Assembly: GCF_018977255.1 (NCBI RefSeq) | Contig: NW_024704743.1 | Coordinates: 10,108,001-10,172,000 of the forward strand | Direction of reading: 5' to 3' | DNA from: Callorhinchus milii | Taxonomy: Eukaryota | Length of the DNA: 64,000 nt | In this document: one piece after another, positions 1-11,954 of the stretch | Numbering within the stretch: position 1 is the stretch's first letter | Layout of the letters: each line of letters begins with the position of its first letter | The notes under the pieces: model-generated | What the model saw: the letters and a program-made list of their open reading frames with translations, nothing else | Databases searched by the model: none | What the model was told of the DNA's origin: nothing | Made by a program: the position numbers and the translations under genes

Positions 1-954
1 CATCACTTTACATTTTCTTTTTAACTATTGGGGGAGAATCTATTACGACTGTATTTGCATCTCATATGAAATCTAATGCTCCCCCTTTTCTTTTTTTCCT
101 TTAATTGTTTAGAAACATTACCTGGTTTGTGAAGGCAGGCCCAGTGAACATGAGACAAATGCTCCCATAAATTCATGTGGTACAATTGCCAAACTCAACA
201 AATTACTCTCCGAAGAGAGACTTTATTCCCCAAGGAAACAAAGACCAACTGCGAATTCATTGAAATGTTGTCCATAAAACTGAATGTTAATTTTTGCCAA
301 CTAAGTAAGTAAAAATAGATTGTTTTTCTCACTCACAAAGAGAGACACGTAGCAGACCTAGGAAACTTGGGCAAAATTAAACTGCACCCACACCCCATTT
401 TTGTAGTTGGCATTTGTAGGATATTCTCTGATTACAGAGCAGAAGACAAAAGCAGAAAAGGTCTCCTTTAGCTACTGAGTTCATTCCAGGATTCTGATCT
501 TCAGTCTCCTATTTCCTCCACCTCCCAGCCCAGAGACTACCAGTTCCAACTAAATATAGAATACTATTCCACTGTAACATGTAGTGAACTAAGCCAATAT
601 CATTACAGGTTATTAGGCAATCAGACCGCCAAAGCCTTGAGTTCCATCTTTTCACTGCCGTTTCACTGTCTTGTCAAAAATTGAAACAAGACTCACTTTG
701 ATCCACTTGTGTATATTATGTAGAATCACACAGGTTGTTTTAAGATGCAACTCGTTCAAATAGCAACAGTAAACAGCCCAAAGTTTACTCTCAAAGTTTA
801 TGAATTGATTGATGTCATAGTGGACTGACAGCGCCTTCATTGATAAGCTAATACTCCTCGGAATTAGGTAAGCAAGATGCATCCCTCCAGGGGTTATGAA
901 TTATATTCACAGGACATCCTCCTGATGTGAAAGGCGCAATATAAATGTAAATTT

Positions 955-1395
955 AACCAGTTTGTGGAGGAGTCTTTTATGAAATACTTTGTTGAAGGTC
1001 TTTTGGAAGTCTAAATATACTATATCATATAGCTCCCCACAGTCAATTTGGGCTGTCATATCCTCACAAAGATCTATGAAATTGGTCAGTTAACACCTTC
1101 TCTCTCTGAATCCATGTTGGCTGTGAATTATTAGATTATTTTAATCTTCTACTACCTTTCTGCTGATTGACTCCATAACTTTCCTACTATTGAGGTCAGG
1201 CTAATAGGTTTATAGTTGCTTGGTTTAGTTTTGTCACTCTTCTTGAATATGGGAACAACATCTGGTTGCTTCCAATCTGTTGGAACCTCGCCATTCCTGA
1301 TTGACTATCTTATAATGTCTGTCTGTGCTGTACAAATTTCCTGCCTAAATACTCTGCTGTTCATCCATCCCAGGATATTTGTTGTCTCCTTCTGT
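955..1395 (-). mobile_element. Degraded CR1 LINE ORF2 (RT N-terminal part) fragment
   Basis: Reverse strand resembles CR1 motifs of the DWK.VVPIFKK..K..P.NYKPISLTS and HGFR...YLDFQKTF type, with stops and frameshifts; similar to the matching part of 27771-30948. Confidence 0.75.
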
Positions 1396-1469
1396 CCTTG
1401 TTTGGTCACGTACAGTCTTCCCCATCATTTTCCTTTTTATCGATTAACTGTTACCTTGGTAACATTATA

Positions 1470-1710
1470 CACGAGAACAAGGTCCGCTTCCATGTGTATA
1501 TGGATGACATCTAATTCTATCTTTCTGCCTCTGCCTTCGACTCCAGAAACACTGCTATACACTGCTTTAAAAACTCACTTAAACTCCTATCTCTTTGACC
1601 GCCATCTCCATTTCCTTCCCAATTTAGGCCCCCACTCAGTCTTGTAAGGTGTTTTGAGATATTCACGCCCCTTGAAAGGTGCTATATAAATGCAAATTGT
1701 TGTTATTATC
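1470..1710 (+). mobile_element. Degraded L2 LINE remnant with 3' tail
   Basis: Degenerate RT-core stretch, then ctctttgaccg and the tail tgaaaggtgctatataaatgcaaattgttgtt shared with other L2 copies here. Confidence 0.6.
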
Positions 1711-2254
1711 AAGTTCTGGCAGGCAGGATACATAAACCTGGATAAATTTTGATCTCACATATCAAATGTTACATTCTGTTGACTAAGCCGCATCAAGCAT
1801 AAACCTTTCCAATAGAGGCTGCATGTCAGACAATATGATTTGGTGGCTGAGTGACAAGTCGCCCAAGAGCAAGCGATCTGCTAGATTTGGAGCCTTTTCT
1901 GAATTCTATGTAAATCTTAATTTGTTTATATATTGATATGTACTGTATGTATTTATGGCAAAGTAATGAAAAAAACATCCACTAAATCCCAAATAGCTTC
2001 ATTCTCTACCATATTCACTAAACAATGTTGGACATCATTGAAGGTTTCTTTATGGCCATTGATCTGCTTTCTGACCTTTTTGTTGTACTTTTTTGTTAGG
2101 CGAGAAACAGCCCAAGAATGAAATGCTAGCCCTGATCACGTTTGGTTTGTGAACACTGAAATTTGAACCCCATTACGATTGTCATATTGCAGTTGGCTCT
2201 TTTCTTGGTTTGTCAGAATGTACCAAAATTGGAATGAAAATGCAAATGACAAAG

Positions 2255-2795
2255 ATTTACAAAGAATGTACAGCATAGAATCAGGCTACTCAGCCCAACC
2301 AATCCATACTGGTGGTTAAACTCCGCATGAGTCTCCAGCCATATATAAGTCTTGTACAAATTTCAACATTACCTCATGACTTTTATATTCTATCCGTCTG
2401 GATCTGAAGCCCCAAACCACATTAGCCTTTTTTTTTAATGGATTTATCTACCTGTGTAGCTAGTTTTAGAGATGGTGGATCTCAGAATCCACAATTCAGA
2501 TTTGGAGATCTGAATTCTCAGATCTCTTTGCTTCTCTGCTCCTCTTATGTTCCTACCATCTGCACTATAAATGGCTTCTTTATTTTTCCTGACAAAGTGA
2601 ATTACATTTTCCTACATTAAACTACGTTTGCTATCTGTTTGCCCATTCTGCTAGCTTGTTTATGTCTTCTTGGATTCTTCTCCAATCCCTTTTACATGTT
2701 TATTATGCCCTCTCACCCACCCCACCCAACGGGGTTTTGGTGTCATTTGTAAATTTTGGCACCGCATTTTTTGAATCTGAATCCATATTATTTAT
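2255..2795 (-). mobile_element. Degraded CR1 3' fragment
   Basis: Begins with the reverse complement of a CR1 3' end (tacagcatagaatcaggc...cagccc); its interior matches the CR1 at 4670-6070 in the opposite orientation. Confidence 0.65.
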
Positions 2796-3294
2796 TTTAG
2801 TCATAAGCTAGGCCGATAGAAAAGTGTGGAAATATTTGCCAAACATTGCTGGGCATTTGACAAATTTTGCGAAAAATTATGGAGAAATTTGATATTTTTT
2901 TGTGGTAAATTGCGGAGGGTTGATTGGTGCTATTGAGAGATACATTTTGTGAAACAACCTGGATTAAAACTATAGGCATATATTTTCTGATCATGTAGTT
3001 ATGTTTAAAATACAAAAAATGTTAATGTGAATGGTACAATACTTACCAGGAATTGGTCACAGGAGCTCAGTTTAGGCCGGGTGCCGGTTTCATGCTTGCA
3101 CCGTTTCCAACATCTCAATACTCCCCGTGATGGAGCTGCTTCACCCACAGTAGCAGCATCTAGCAAACAGAATTAGAGGCTCGTACACTATGTGTACAGG
3201 TTTGTAGCAAAAAGGTTGTTTGTAGTGGGTTTGTAGCAGGGGCCTGCTTGTAGCAGATTCCGCAGAAAAAGTGCATCTGTTGGTCCAGGTCATG

Positions 3295-3555
3295 AGTCTC
3301 TGACTTTACCAAAGGCCTCTTGGAAATCTAGATACATTACATCAAATATACAAATATACAGTCAGTTCACTTTACAGTGTGTTCTGTGAAGCGCTTTGGG
3401 ACGTCCTCCCGACGTGAAAAGCGCTATATCAAATGCAAGGATTATTATTATTATTATTATTATTATTATCAACTGCATTTCCTTTGACTACTTTATCAGT
3501 TACATCTTCAAAAAATTGAATAAGATTGGTTAAGCATAACATTCCTTCCTTCCAT
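3295..3555 (-). mobile_element. CR1 RT fragment interrupted by a SINE
   Basis: ORF 3429..3632 reads CLTNLIQFFEDVTDKVVKGNAVD and resumes as VMYLDFQEAF on the other side of the SINE; ATCAA is duplicated around the insert. Confidence 0.85.
3346..3469 (+). mobile_element. 5'-truncated young tRNA-SINE (CTCCC-loop tail)
   Basis: Near-identical to the 3' ~120 bp of 4763-5080; ends in (ATT)n. Confidence 0.92.
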
Positions 3556-4115
3556 GCCGACTGTTCTCCTGCATCCACCTTAGTGGGACCGCACTCGCAT
3601 GGTTCGAGTCCTACTTGACCAACCACCCACACTTCGTCTCGGCAAGCGGTTTCTTGTCCCGCCCCATCCGGTCACTGTGGGGTAACCCAGTGCTTCATCC
3701 TTGGCCCTCTTCTTTTCCTTATCTATATGCTTCCTCTTGGCGATGTCATCCGTAGACACGGGAGAAATTTCCACATGTTTGCGGATGACATACAAATCTA
3801 CTTTGCCTCCTCCAGTATCGACTGCAGGTCCATCAATGCTCTATCATTCTGTCTGGCAGACATCAGGACCTGGATGATTGCAAACTTCCTGCAGCTGAAT
3901 TTGGACACAATGGAAGCCATACTCCTTGGCTCCCTTCAATGACTTCACTCCTGCGGATCTGAACTGCTCAACCTGCTTGGGCTCTCCCTCAGACTCACAG
4001 AACCAGTGTGCAATCTAGGCGTCCAGTTTGAACCCTAGCTGTCCTTCTTTCCAACGTCTGGTCCCCGACCAGGACGGCCTTCCTCCATCTCTGCCACATT
4101 CCCCGCTTCTGACTG
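3556..4115 (+). mobile_element. L2 LINE RT fragment
   Basis: ORF 3727..3942 MLPLGDVIRRHGRNFHMFADDIQIYF...WMIANFLQLN (FADD motif); homologous to 43009-46491. Confidence 0.88.
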
Positions 4116-4122
4116 CAATCTC

Positions 4123-4206
4123 ACCCGAAACGTTGACTCACTTTCCTTTCTCCATAGATGCTGCCTGACCTGCTGAGTGTTCCCAGTGACTTCTGTTTTT
4201 GTTTGA
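4123..4206 (+). mobile_element. Penelope-like element pLTR remnant
   Basis: acccgaaacgttgactcactttcctttctccatagatgctgcctgacctgctgag; second copy at 42050-42198; resembles a shark Penelope terminus as I recall it. Confidence 0.65.
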
Positions 4207-4669
4207 GTAGTATAAAACAATTTGAGACATTCTTCTGATGTGAAAGTTGCAAAAGAAATATAAATTCTAGTGTTTGTTGTGTAAGACAGTGAGAGTGCCA
4301 TGACATCTTAATGGCTACCTGAATAGGTAGATGGGACCTCCAACTACATGACCCAACACCGTTCTATAGCTTCCAATATTTTCACCTGCTCACGTACTGC
4401 TGTCGCGTTTTATAACTACTGCGTTGCTTATAGATTTCATGCAAATCTTCGCTTCTTTAACCCTGAGTGTCAAGGCAACCCAGGGCACAAAACAAAATGA
4501 CTTTTAACGTTGGGCAGAAATGCCTCAGGTAAAGATTCAAACTAAAGAAAAACAGCAAGAAGGCAGATATGTAAATTATGCTGTCTGAATGTCATAAAGA
4601 ATCCAAAGATTGGAAGTTTATGGTGAGTCAGGTCACAGCAATTGTTCACAAGAATTTAACTAATAATTT

Positions 4670-6070
4670 ATGGTTAGGGAAACGAAAGCAAAAGGGTAGG
4701 AGTTAAGGATATCTTGCTAGGCTGACAAGAGATAGGAAGTAATGTTCCATAGGGATCCATTATGGAGTCCTGTAGCTCAGTGGTTAGAGCACTCGCTTTG
4801 CAAGCGAGAGACCTGAGTTCAATTCCAGGCAGAGGGCGAAACCTTGGGCAAGTTTCCTTACTCCACACAGAGCCTAATAATAATCCCTCCAAAACCAAAA
4901 ACAATAATAAATTGGTCATTTTCAATCTACGACTGTTTGTGGGACACTGCTGTGCGCAATTGGCTGCTGTGTTTGCCCACAAATATACAGTCAATTCACT
5001 TTACAATGTGTTCTGTGAAGCGCTTTGGGACGTCCTCCCGACGTGAAAAGCGCTATATCAAATGCAAGGATTATTATTATAGGACTGCTACTGTTCACAG
5101 TATATATAAATGATTTGGATTCGTGTATAAAAGTGTGGTGTCAAAATTTGCAGATCACACCAAATCGTATGTGTGTGGAGGTGGGGGTGGGGGGGGGACA
5201 TGATAAATAGTCAAGGGAATTGCACAAGAATGCAGGAAGACATAAACAAGCTGGCAGGATGGCAAATTAAGTTTAATGGAAGAAAATGCAAAGTGATTCA
5301 CCTCAGCAGTAAAAATAAAGAAGCCATCTGAAGTCTACATGGTAGGAACTAAAGAAGAGTAGAGGAGCAAAATGATCTGGGGATTCAGATCCACAAATCT
5401 CTAAAAGTAGCTACGCAGGTAGATAAGACTAAAGAAAAGGCCAATTAAGTTTTTGGCTTTATATCCAGAGGGATAGAATATAAAAGTTAGGAGGCGATGT
5501 TAAATTTGTAATAAAAAACTTTGGTTGGACCACATTTGGAGTATTGTGTTCATTTCTGGTCTCCACAGTATAAGAAGTATATTGCAGCAATGGAAATCAT
5601 ACAACATAGGTTTAAGAGGATGATATGAAGGCTGGCAGGTTACTGCTATCAGGATATTCTAGATAAGTTAAGCCTTTTTTCACTAGACATTGAAGGGGGG
5701 ACCGAATAGAAGTGTTGAAATTTATAAAAGGGCTCAATAAATTTAACATAAATAGGTGGTTTCCAGTAGTTGGGATTCCATAACCAGGGGACAAAAGTAT
5801 AAGATAGCAACATGGGTATCTAAAAAAGAATTTAGGAAGAACTATTTCATGCAGAGGGTAATGAGATTGTAGAACTCACTGCCTGAAGCAGTGAGTGAAT
5901 TAGATAATATAGATGCTTTCAAGAAGTAGCTAGATCTTCACATGAGGGAGAGGGGAATAGAAGGGTATGGAAAGGAGTAAGAAATGGACAGAAGACTCAT
6001 GTGAAGTATAAACACTGGCATGGACTGGTTAAGCCAAGAGGCCTGTTTCCATGCTATACACTCTTTGTAA
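4670..6070 (+). mobile_element. Degraded CR1 3' half, interrupted by SINE 4763-5080
   Basis: VP*GSI|IGLLLFTVYINDLD (the GVPQGSVLGPLLF motif) is split by the SINE; later LVGPHLEYCVHFWSP and a CR1-type 3' end. Confidence 0.85.
4763..5080 (+). mobile_element. Full-length young tRNA-derived SINE, short form
   Basis: A-box TAGCTCAGTGG, B-box GTTCAATTCC, anticodon-arm CTCGC-TTTGCAA-GCGAG, core gtttgtgggacactgctgtgcgcaattggctgc, L2-type stem-loop, (ATT)n tail, ATTAT on both flanks. Confidence 0.95.
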
Positions 6071-6249
6071 ATGCAACAGCCTAAGTGCTGTTATATATCA
6101 GGTGTTAGTTATCATTTAGCGACCCAACATTTCTTACAGTCTTAGTCTTAATCTTAGAATGTGTGGAAGTCCGGCAAATTCTTAAACTTGGGCTCAGATG
6201 AGTAACAAAAGATATACTTTCTCTCTCCAATCTCTGTTTGCTCCCTCTA

Positions 6250-6812
6250 CCTTCTTGTGCTCCTTGACCTCTCTGCAGAGACCATTCCAACCTACTCGAT
6301 GGCCTCTTTTCCCTTATCTATTTTTGTGGGACTGCTCTGTCCAGGTTCCATTCCTATTTGACCCACTGCATCCACTTTATCTACTCTAATAGTTTCTCCT
6401 CCCGTCCTCACAAGGTACCTGCAGAGTAACTCAGAGTTCTGTCCTTGAATCCTTCCCACTCCCTGATACCTCATTACTTCTCTAATCTTCTCCTACCCTA
6501 CTCTCCCATCCATGCCATCTGCTCAGCTAACTCAGGCTTGCTGTGCATTCTCTGCCCTCTCTGTAGCAACATCAATGGCTGGAACTGATCACCTCTGAAC
6601 CATCACTGGAACTCCCTTTCTCTATCACTCTATCTCATTCTCTCCCTTTATCTCTTTAAGTGCTGCTTTAAATCCAACCCAAATCTTTGTACACCTTATG
6701 GCCACTTCCCTCTCCCTCTCCTCCCACTCCCTCCTCCCCCTCTCCGTCCAACCCCATCCATGGGGATCACTCCAAGGCTGTGTGAAGGGCCCTATATAAG
6801 TGCAAGTTGTTT
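6250..6812 (+). mobile_element. Old L2 3' remnant
   Basis: LVLLDLSA-like stretch, CT-rich 3' region, tail tatataagtgcaagttgtt. Confidence 0.6.
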
Positions 6813-7154
6813 GACATTGCTATTTCTCTTAAAGGACTGTAGAGAACCGATTATCAATTGAGACTGAATTTAAACCTTTTCCAAAATTTTGCATGGTATT
6901 ACATTTTGAGGAAATGGTCTTAAGGCTAAGATTAGGGCCTATTACAGCTGGGCATGGGGTATCAATGCCATGTAAACCATTTTTATTATTATTTCAGATG
7001 TAAGTCTATATCCTTCATTAAATTATTTTTATTTTCTGCACTCATCGATGTGAGAGGTATCAGTCCCGATGTGGATGAGCACAATTCTGTAGAGTGATTA
7101 TTATGCAGGAGCTCACACAGGGGAGAATGCCCTCTTCCACCACAATTATCTGTT

Positions 7155-7575
7155 TGGCTCAAGAGATAGTACTTGTACCTCTGGCTCTGAAGGTTGTCGG
7201 TTCAAACCCCACATCAACGCTTGAGCTCATAGGGAAGGTACTGCTTTGTTGCGAATGTTGTATTTCGACTGAGATGTTCAGATGTCTGCCAGAGAGATTC
7301 TAGCAGAAAGAGTTTCCTAATTCGGAAAGTCTTTTTTTTAAAGAATCTAGATGGTTACCAGAAACATCCACGTACCAGCTATACTGACAGCAATCCCCAG
7401 AGCTATACAGCTGATACCAAATGAAAAAATAAAGTTTTTCCCAGCTATTTGGGATGATTCTCATTCACTGATTGTGCTCTGTGCAAAATGGCTGCTACAT
7501 GTGTTTATAAAATAGCCACTTAAATAAAGCAATAAAGCAATGTAATGTTTCAAAGCGATAAGGTGCTATAACTTT
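7155..7575 (+). mobile_element. Highly degraded Deu-domain (SacSINE1-like) SINE
   Basis: tRNA-like head tggctc...ctctgaaggttgtcggttcaaacccc and the gctatttggga...tggctgct core. Confidence 0.55.
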
Positions 7576-7714
7576 CTTTACCCAGTAATGTGACCTCTTG
7601 CTTCACTATTAGCTTCTCTATTCCTCTGGTCTGGCATTTCCAATTTTAATATCAATAACAACAACAACTTGCATTTATATACCAGCCGGTAGCATCGTGA
7701 GTGTTTAATATTCT

Positions 7715-7945
7715 TTGTATTTGATATAGCACCTTTCATGTCAGGAGACTATGCTTTTGCAGGTGAATGCAGCAGCTAATTTGCAGAGTAATGACCTACA
7801 AACAGCCATGAAGTGAATGACCAATCTTATGTGGGGGATTTTTGGCCAGTGTTAACCTACGCTGTGAGTTCAGAGTCCTGATGTGTGGCTTGAACGTATA
7901 AACTTCTGACTCAGAGGCAAGAGTACTACAAAATAAACCAGGCTA
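7715..7945 (-). mobile_element. Degraded Deu-domain SINE
   Basis: Reverse-strand tail, core (acaaacagccatgaagtgaatgacc) and head (ttgaac...ttctgactcagaggcaagagt). Confidence 0.6.
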
Positions 7946-8297
7946 ATAACTATTTTCCATACCAAACCAGTTATTGTTATGAGCTTTACATGCAACACTG
8001 ACAATTTAATGCATCTTGATGAAGAATTTTAGGCAACCTTGTGTTGAATAATGGAGATATTCCCTTTTCTTTTCCGTAATAAAGTTCCCAAAAATAGATT
8101 ATTTTTAGGTCAGCCTGACTTAACACCTGGTTTCTACCCATCACTATGCTTGAGAGTTTGTAAATCAAACTAAGGATTTTTATTATATAGTTCGACAAGT
8201 ATGTTGTAATTTTCTTGTGTCTGCAATAGAATGCACACCCTGTCCTCAAAGCATGCACTCTGCCTATCTATAACTAAAACATACTGTATTAGTCAAA

Positions 8298-8455
8298 AGC
8301 CAAGGCTTCAGAACACCAGAATGTGCACTGAGATACTGCTGGAGTTTAACCAGTAAAAACAGCTTGCCAGTTGGAAAACACCTGGCAAACGTCCTGTTAC
8401 TTGTCTAGCTAGAACCACCCAACAGTTATGGGTTTGGCTCTTAGAGTGAGCTGGA
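8298..8455 (+). repeat. Unclassified structured repeat, fragment
   Basis: gccaaggctt...tactgctggagtttaaccag...agcttgcca...tggcaa...cttgtctagctag matches 23510-23680. Confidence 0.7.
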
Positions 8456-8469
8456 GATAAATGTCAGTG

Positions 8470-8735
8470 CAGCCATGAACAAAATAACCATGAAGTAAAT
8501 GACCAAATTTATTTGGGGGATTGTTTTCCATATACCAGGAGAAACTCCCTTTTCTTTAATAACAGTGGCATCTGCCTTTTTACCTGAAAAGGCAGATGGA
8601 AGCTCAGTTTTAACATCTCATTTGAAGCATGACACCTCCAACAATGAAACACACCCCAGCACTGCATTGGAATTTCAAACTAGACTTGTGAGTTCAAAGT
8701 CCAGACATAAATAGGGCTTGAACCCACAACCTCAG
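8470..8735 (-). mobile_element. Degraded Deu-domain SINE
   Basis: ccatgaagtaaatgacc...ggcagatgg...tcagttttaacatctcatttgaa...cagcactgcattggaa...cttgaacccacaacc. Confidence 0.6.
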
Positions 8736-11700
8736 TTAACTTGACATATGAAAAGTGGTCTTGCTATTACTTCATCATGATTTCTAGATACAGGTAATTA
8801 ATATTCCCAGTGAGAGTCAGTAATGTTTCACGGCAAATAGATTATTTATTTAAGAGGAACTAGCTGTACTGGGGAAGAAAAATAATTCACAGTCCAGGTG
8901 TCCTTTCAGACTGGGCTACCAATAGGGACCACGTAAGAAAAAAAAAGCTCCTAAAATCACATGTTAACATAATCTGGTTATTTTACACTGAGGCTCTGTG
9001 ATAATTTTAACAAAAATACTTTCATGATTAAAGAGTATGCTCGAGAGTTTCCCTGTTATTCATTATCAACAATCTAACCACCAAACTCCAGCAATAAATT
9101 GTTGCAATGGGAAGCAAAGGGAAAAAACAGTTTCAGAAGAAAAAGTCCCAAATATCCATTTTAATGGCTGGCCTGGAGTGATTGCAGTGAAGTTATGGAA
9201 ATAAATACGTTTCTGGATCTAGCTCCAGGATGGCTTTTCTTCTGTCATTTTCTAATATGATAATAACACTACTAATAATAATCCTTAAGCCTTGTCATGT
9301 CTTCGAGACATCTCAAAGTACTTCACAAAATATACTGTAAAGTGGATTGACTGTATATTTCTCGGCCATTATATTTATATGTATATATTTATCTATGTTA
9401 TATATTTATATATATTTATATATATATATATTTATAACCTTTGAAAAACAATGACAGAATTTCCAGATCAAAACTAAAACCAACCTGAAGTAACACATAC
9501 AAATTTACATTTGTAAATCACGTCAAGAGGATGTCCCAAGGCTCTTAACAATCATGGCTTGGCACCCAAGCTGGGAGTGGGAGCCGAGGGGAGACACTCT
9601 TTGGGATCCAATTTGCGAATTCTGCTAACCACGTGTAAATACATTGTGTAATTAAGATGTGTCCTCAGTTATGTAATCAATCAAAAAGATTACGTGTTAA
9701 TTACATAATTAAGGGGACCTGGAATTCCCTCATTAGACAGATGATGATTTTACCTATGGTGAACACTGCACATATTATTCTGCCTTTTTGTGTACTATTC
9801 TCCCTACTATTCTGCCTTTTTGTGTAGCACCATGGGATTTTTAACGACCACTATGTCTTGGTTTAAGACCTCATTGCAGACTGTCTATTTGTGGGACATT
9901 GTTCTACGCAAACTGGCTGCTGCGTTTCACCCACAAAATACACAGTCAATCTATTGAACAGTATGTCCTGTATATGAAGCGCTTTGAGACATTGCAATAT
10001 GGCGCTAAATGGAATGCAAAGATTATTATTTATTAATTTAGATATCTGAAGCATCCTACATTGCATTTGTTAGCTGTGGACCCCAATTGACACAACAAGA
10101 AGAAAATTACATTTGTATAGGGCCTTTCACATTGGGAGGATGTTCCAAGACACCAACAATAAACAACAAAGCACCTTAGCTGTCTCTTTCAGGAATAAAA
10201 ATAATAAAAATAAAAGTTTTCAAAATATCAAATACATTTCTTCAGAAAATTTATGATCCACTGATCGCTAACATGGGTGATCTTTATGTCACCTGTTTAG
10301 AATGGGATTTGTTTGCTATTATAAATTCTACTAGCATTTGTAATTGACACATGATAATTGACTCTTGTGACCCAAATCTATCAAATGAAATCTTAGAATG
10401 CTTTGTTTCAACTTAGTTTGCATTGTTTCTACTTAGTTTGCAATTTTACAATAATTCTCAGTGAAGGATGGTGAGCGGTATTAGGAGGATGAGATTAGCA
10501 ATTTAATATCTAGGTATGCTCAAATAATCACTTTTACTTCTGAAAGCTATCAATGGGTAGTCAGAGGAAGAAGGGATGTCCATTAGACTATGCTTGAGAT
10601 GGGTCTGCATAATGTGCAGACACAGCTAGGCTTTGGGGCCGAGTTTTATTATTCCACGGCAAACAGAAAGCGCTAATAGAAATGTTTTTCAGGGAAAAGC
10701 TGAAGCATTTCTTGTTAAGAGCCTCTTATGCGTATGTTTGCTTCAATATGCAAACAAGGCTGTGTGAAGGACAGTAGAGCCTTCAGTTAATGAGGCTCTG
10801 CTCTAACCCTGAGGCAAGGGAGTTATTTCACAGCTGTACAGGAAGAAGCTCCTTCAGGCACACTCAGTTTCTTAAGGAAAAGAACTATTTCAGGCACAGA
10901 CATGTTAATAATTTCTTCTTTAATTAAATTTTAACTATAGTGGGACAGTTGATCTTGGGTATCTGTGGTTCTCTAGCTTCTACTCTTCCCCCTTCTCCCA
11001 CCCAAGTAACCCCAGACATAAAAGTCGACTAACTTACGTAATGCAGATCCTTAAAACCTTCATGTATTGCTCTTTGATGTTTCATTACGTGTTTGCAGAA
11101 TGCTCAGATGCCCCTAACTATCAGCTGCCCATCTCGAAAGGAATCTGCTCAATTGTTACATTCGAAGTGCATTCCATACTAAAAGGAATCATCAAAAGTT
11201 TCCAAATAGCTTTGAAAGCTTTCTACCCCATGAACCAAGTCTTCTGACTTGTGAAATCAAATATGTAGTCTTGCCTAGAGGTAGAATAAACCTCTCTTTG
11301 ACTTAGCATCATTAGTCTTTTTTTGTCTTTAGTATTGGATGTGTCCGTGTCTATAAGTCTATAAATGCAGTATGTGTGAAACGGATAGTATTTGGTAATA
11401 GGAACAGAAAAGGGTGATTGAAGTATTAAAGTGGCAAGGTCTCCCTCCACATGGTTGCTGTATAGTGGCTATTGACAGACATTGGAATGAGGATACTCAC
11501 ACAGATAGACAAGGGCATTGAGCCAGTAATACCTTCCAAATGCATTTCAGAAGTTACACAAAGTTACTATTGAACTTAAATGTGTGCTTTCTAAAGTTAT
11601 GGAAGCCGCTATCAAACTCTCCAAATTTGCATCATTGCAAAATTTGTGACCATTCCACAGGTGATTCTGACTAAACTATTGTGCAGGTAATCATCGGGAA

Positions 11701-11954
11701 CTGTTGTTAAGAACTTTGATAATTTGTCATATTCTTGGTCAAACTTAACAGGGTCTGCCATTGAGCGCTTGTAATTAAGTTACCATTTCATGTTCTTCTA
11801 CCAAAGATATTTTAATGCCTCTGTAAATTTCAACTCAATTCGCTCTCTTTGTTCATTCATTGGCTCTTTTTTCACCAATGTAAGGGGTACGATATGTCTC
11901 TGCTCTCTGCCCAATTTTTTCCCATTTCCACATCAATGATCTCCAATTATGTTT

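Noticed and set aside
4764..4840. tRNA-Ala(TGC) gene (and similar heads elsewhere)
   Set aside because: The cloverleaf is imperfect, has no terminator, and is always fused to a SINE body and (ATT)n tail.
4674..5113. Recurrent small ORF family ending in KCKDYYY
   Set aside because: Translations of SINE copies, not a gene family.
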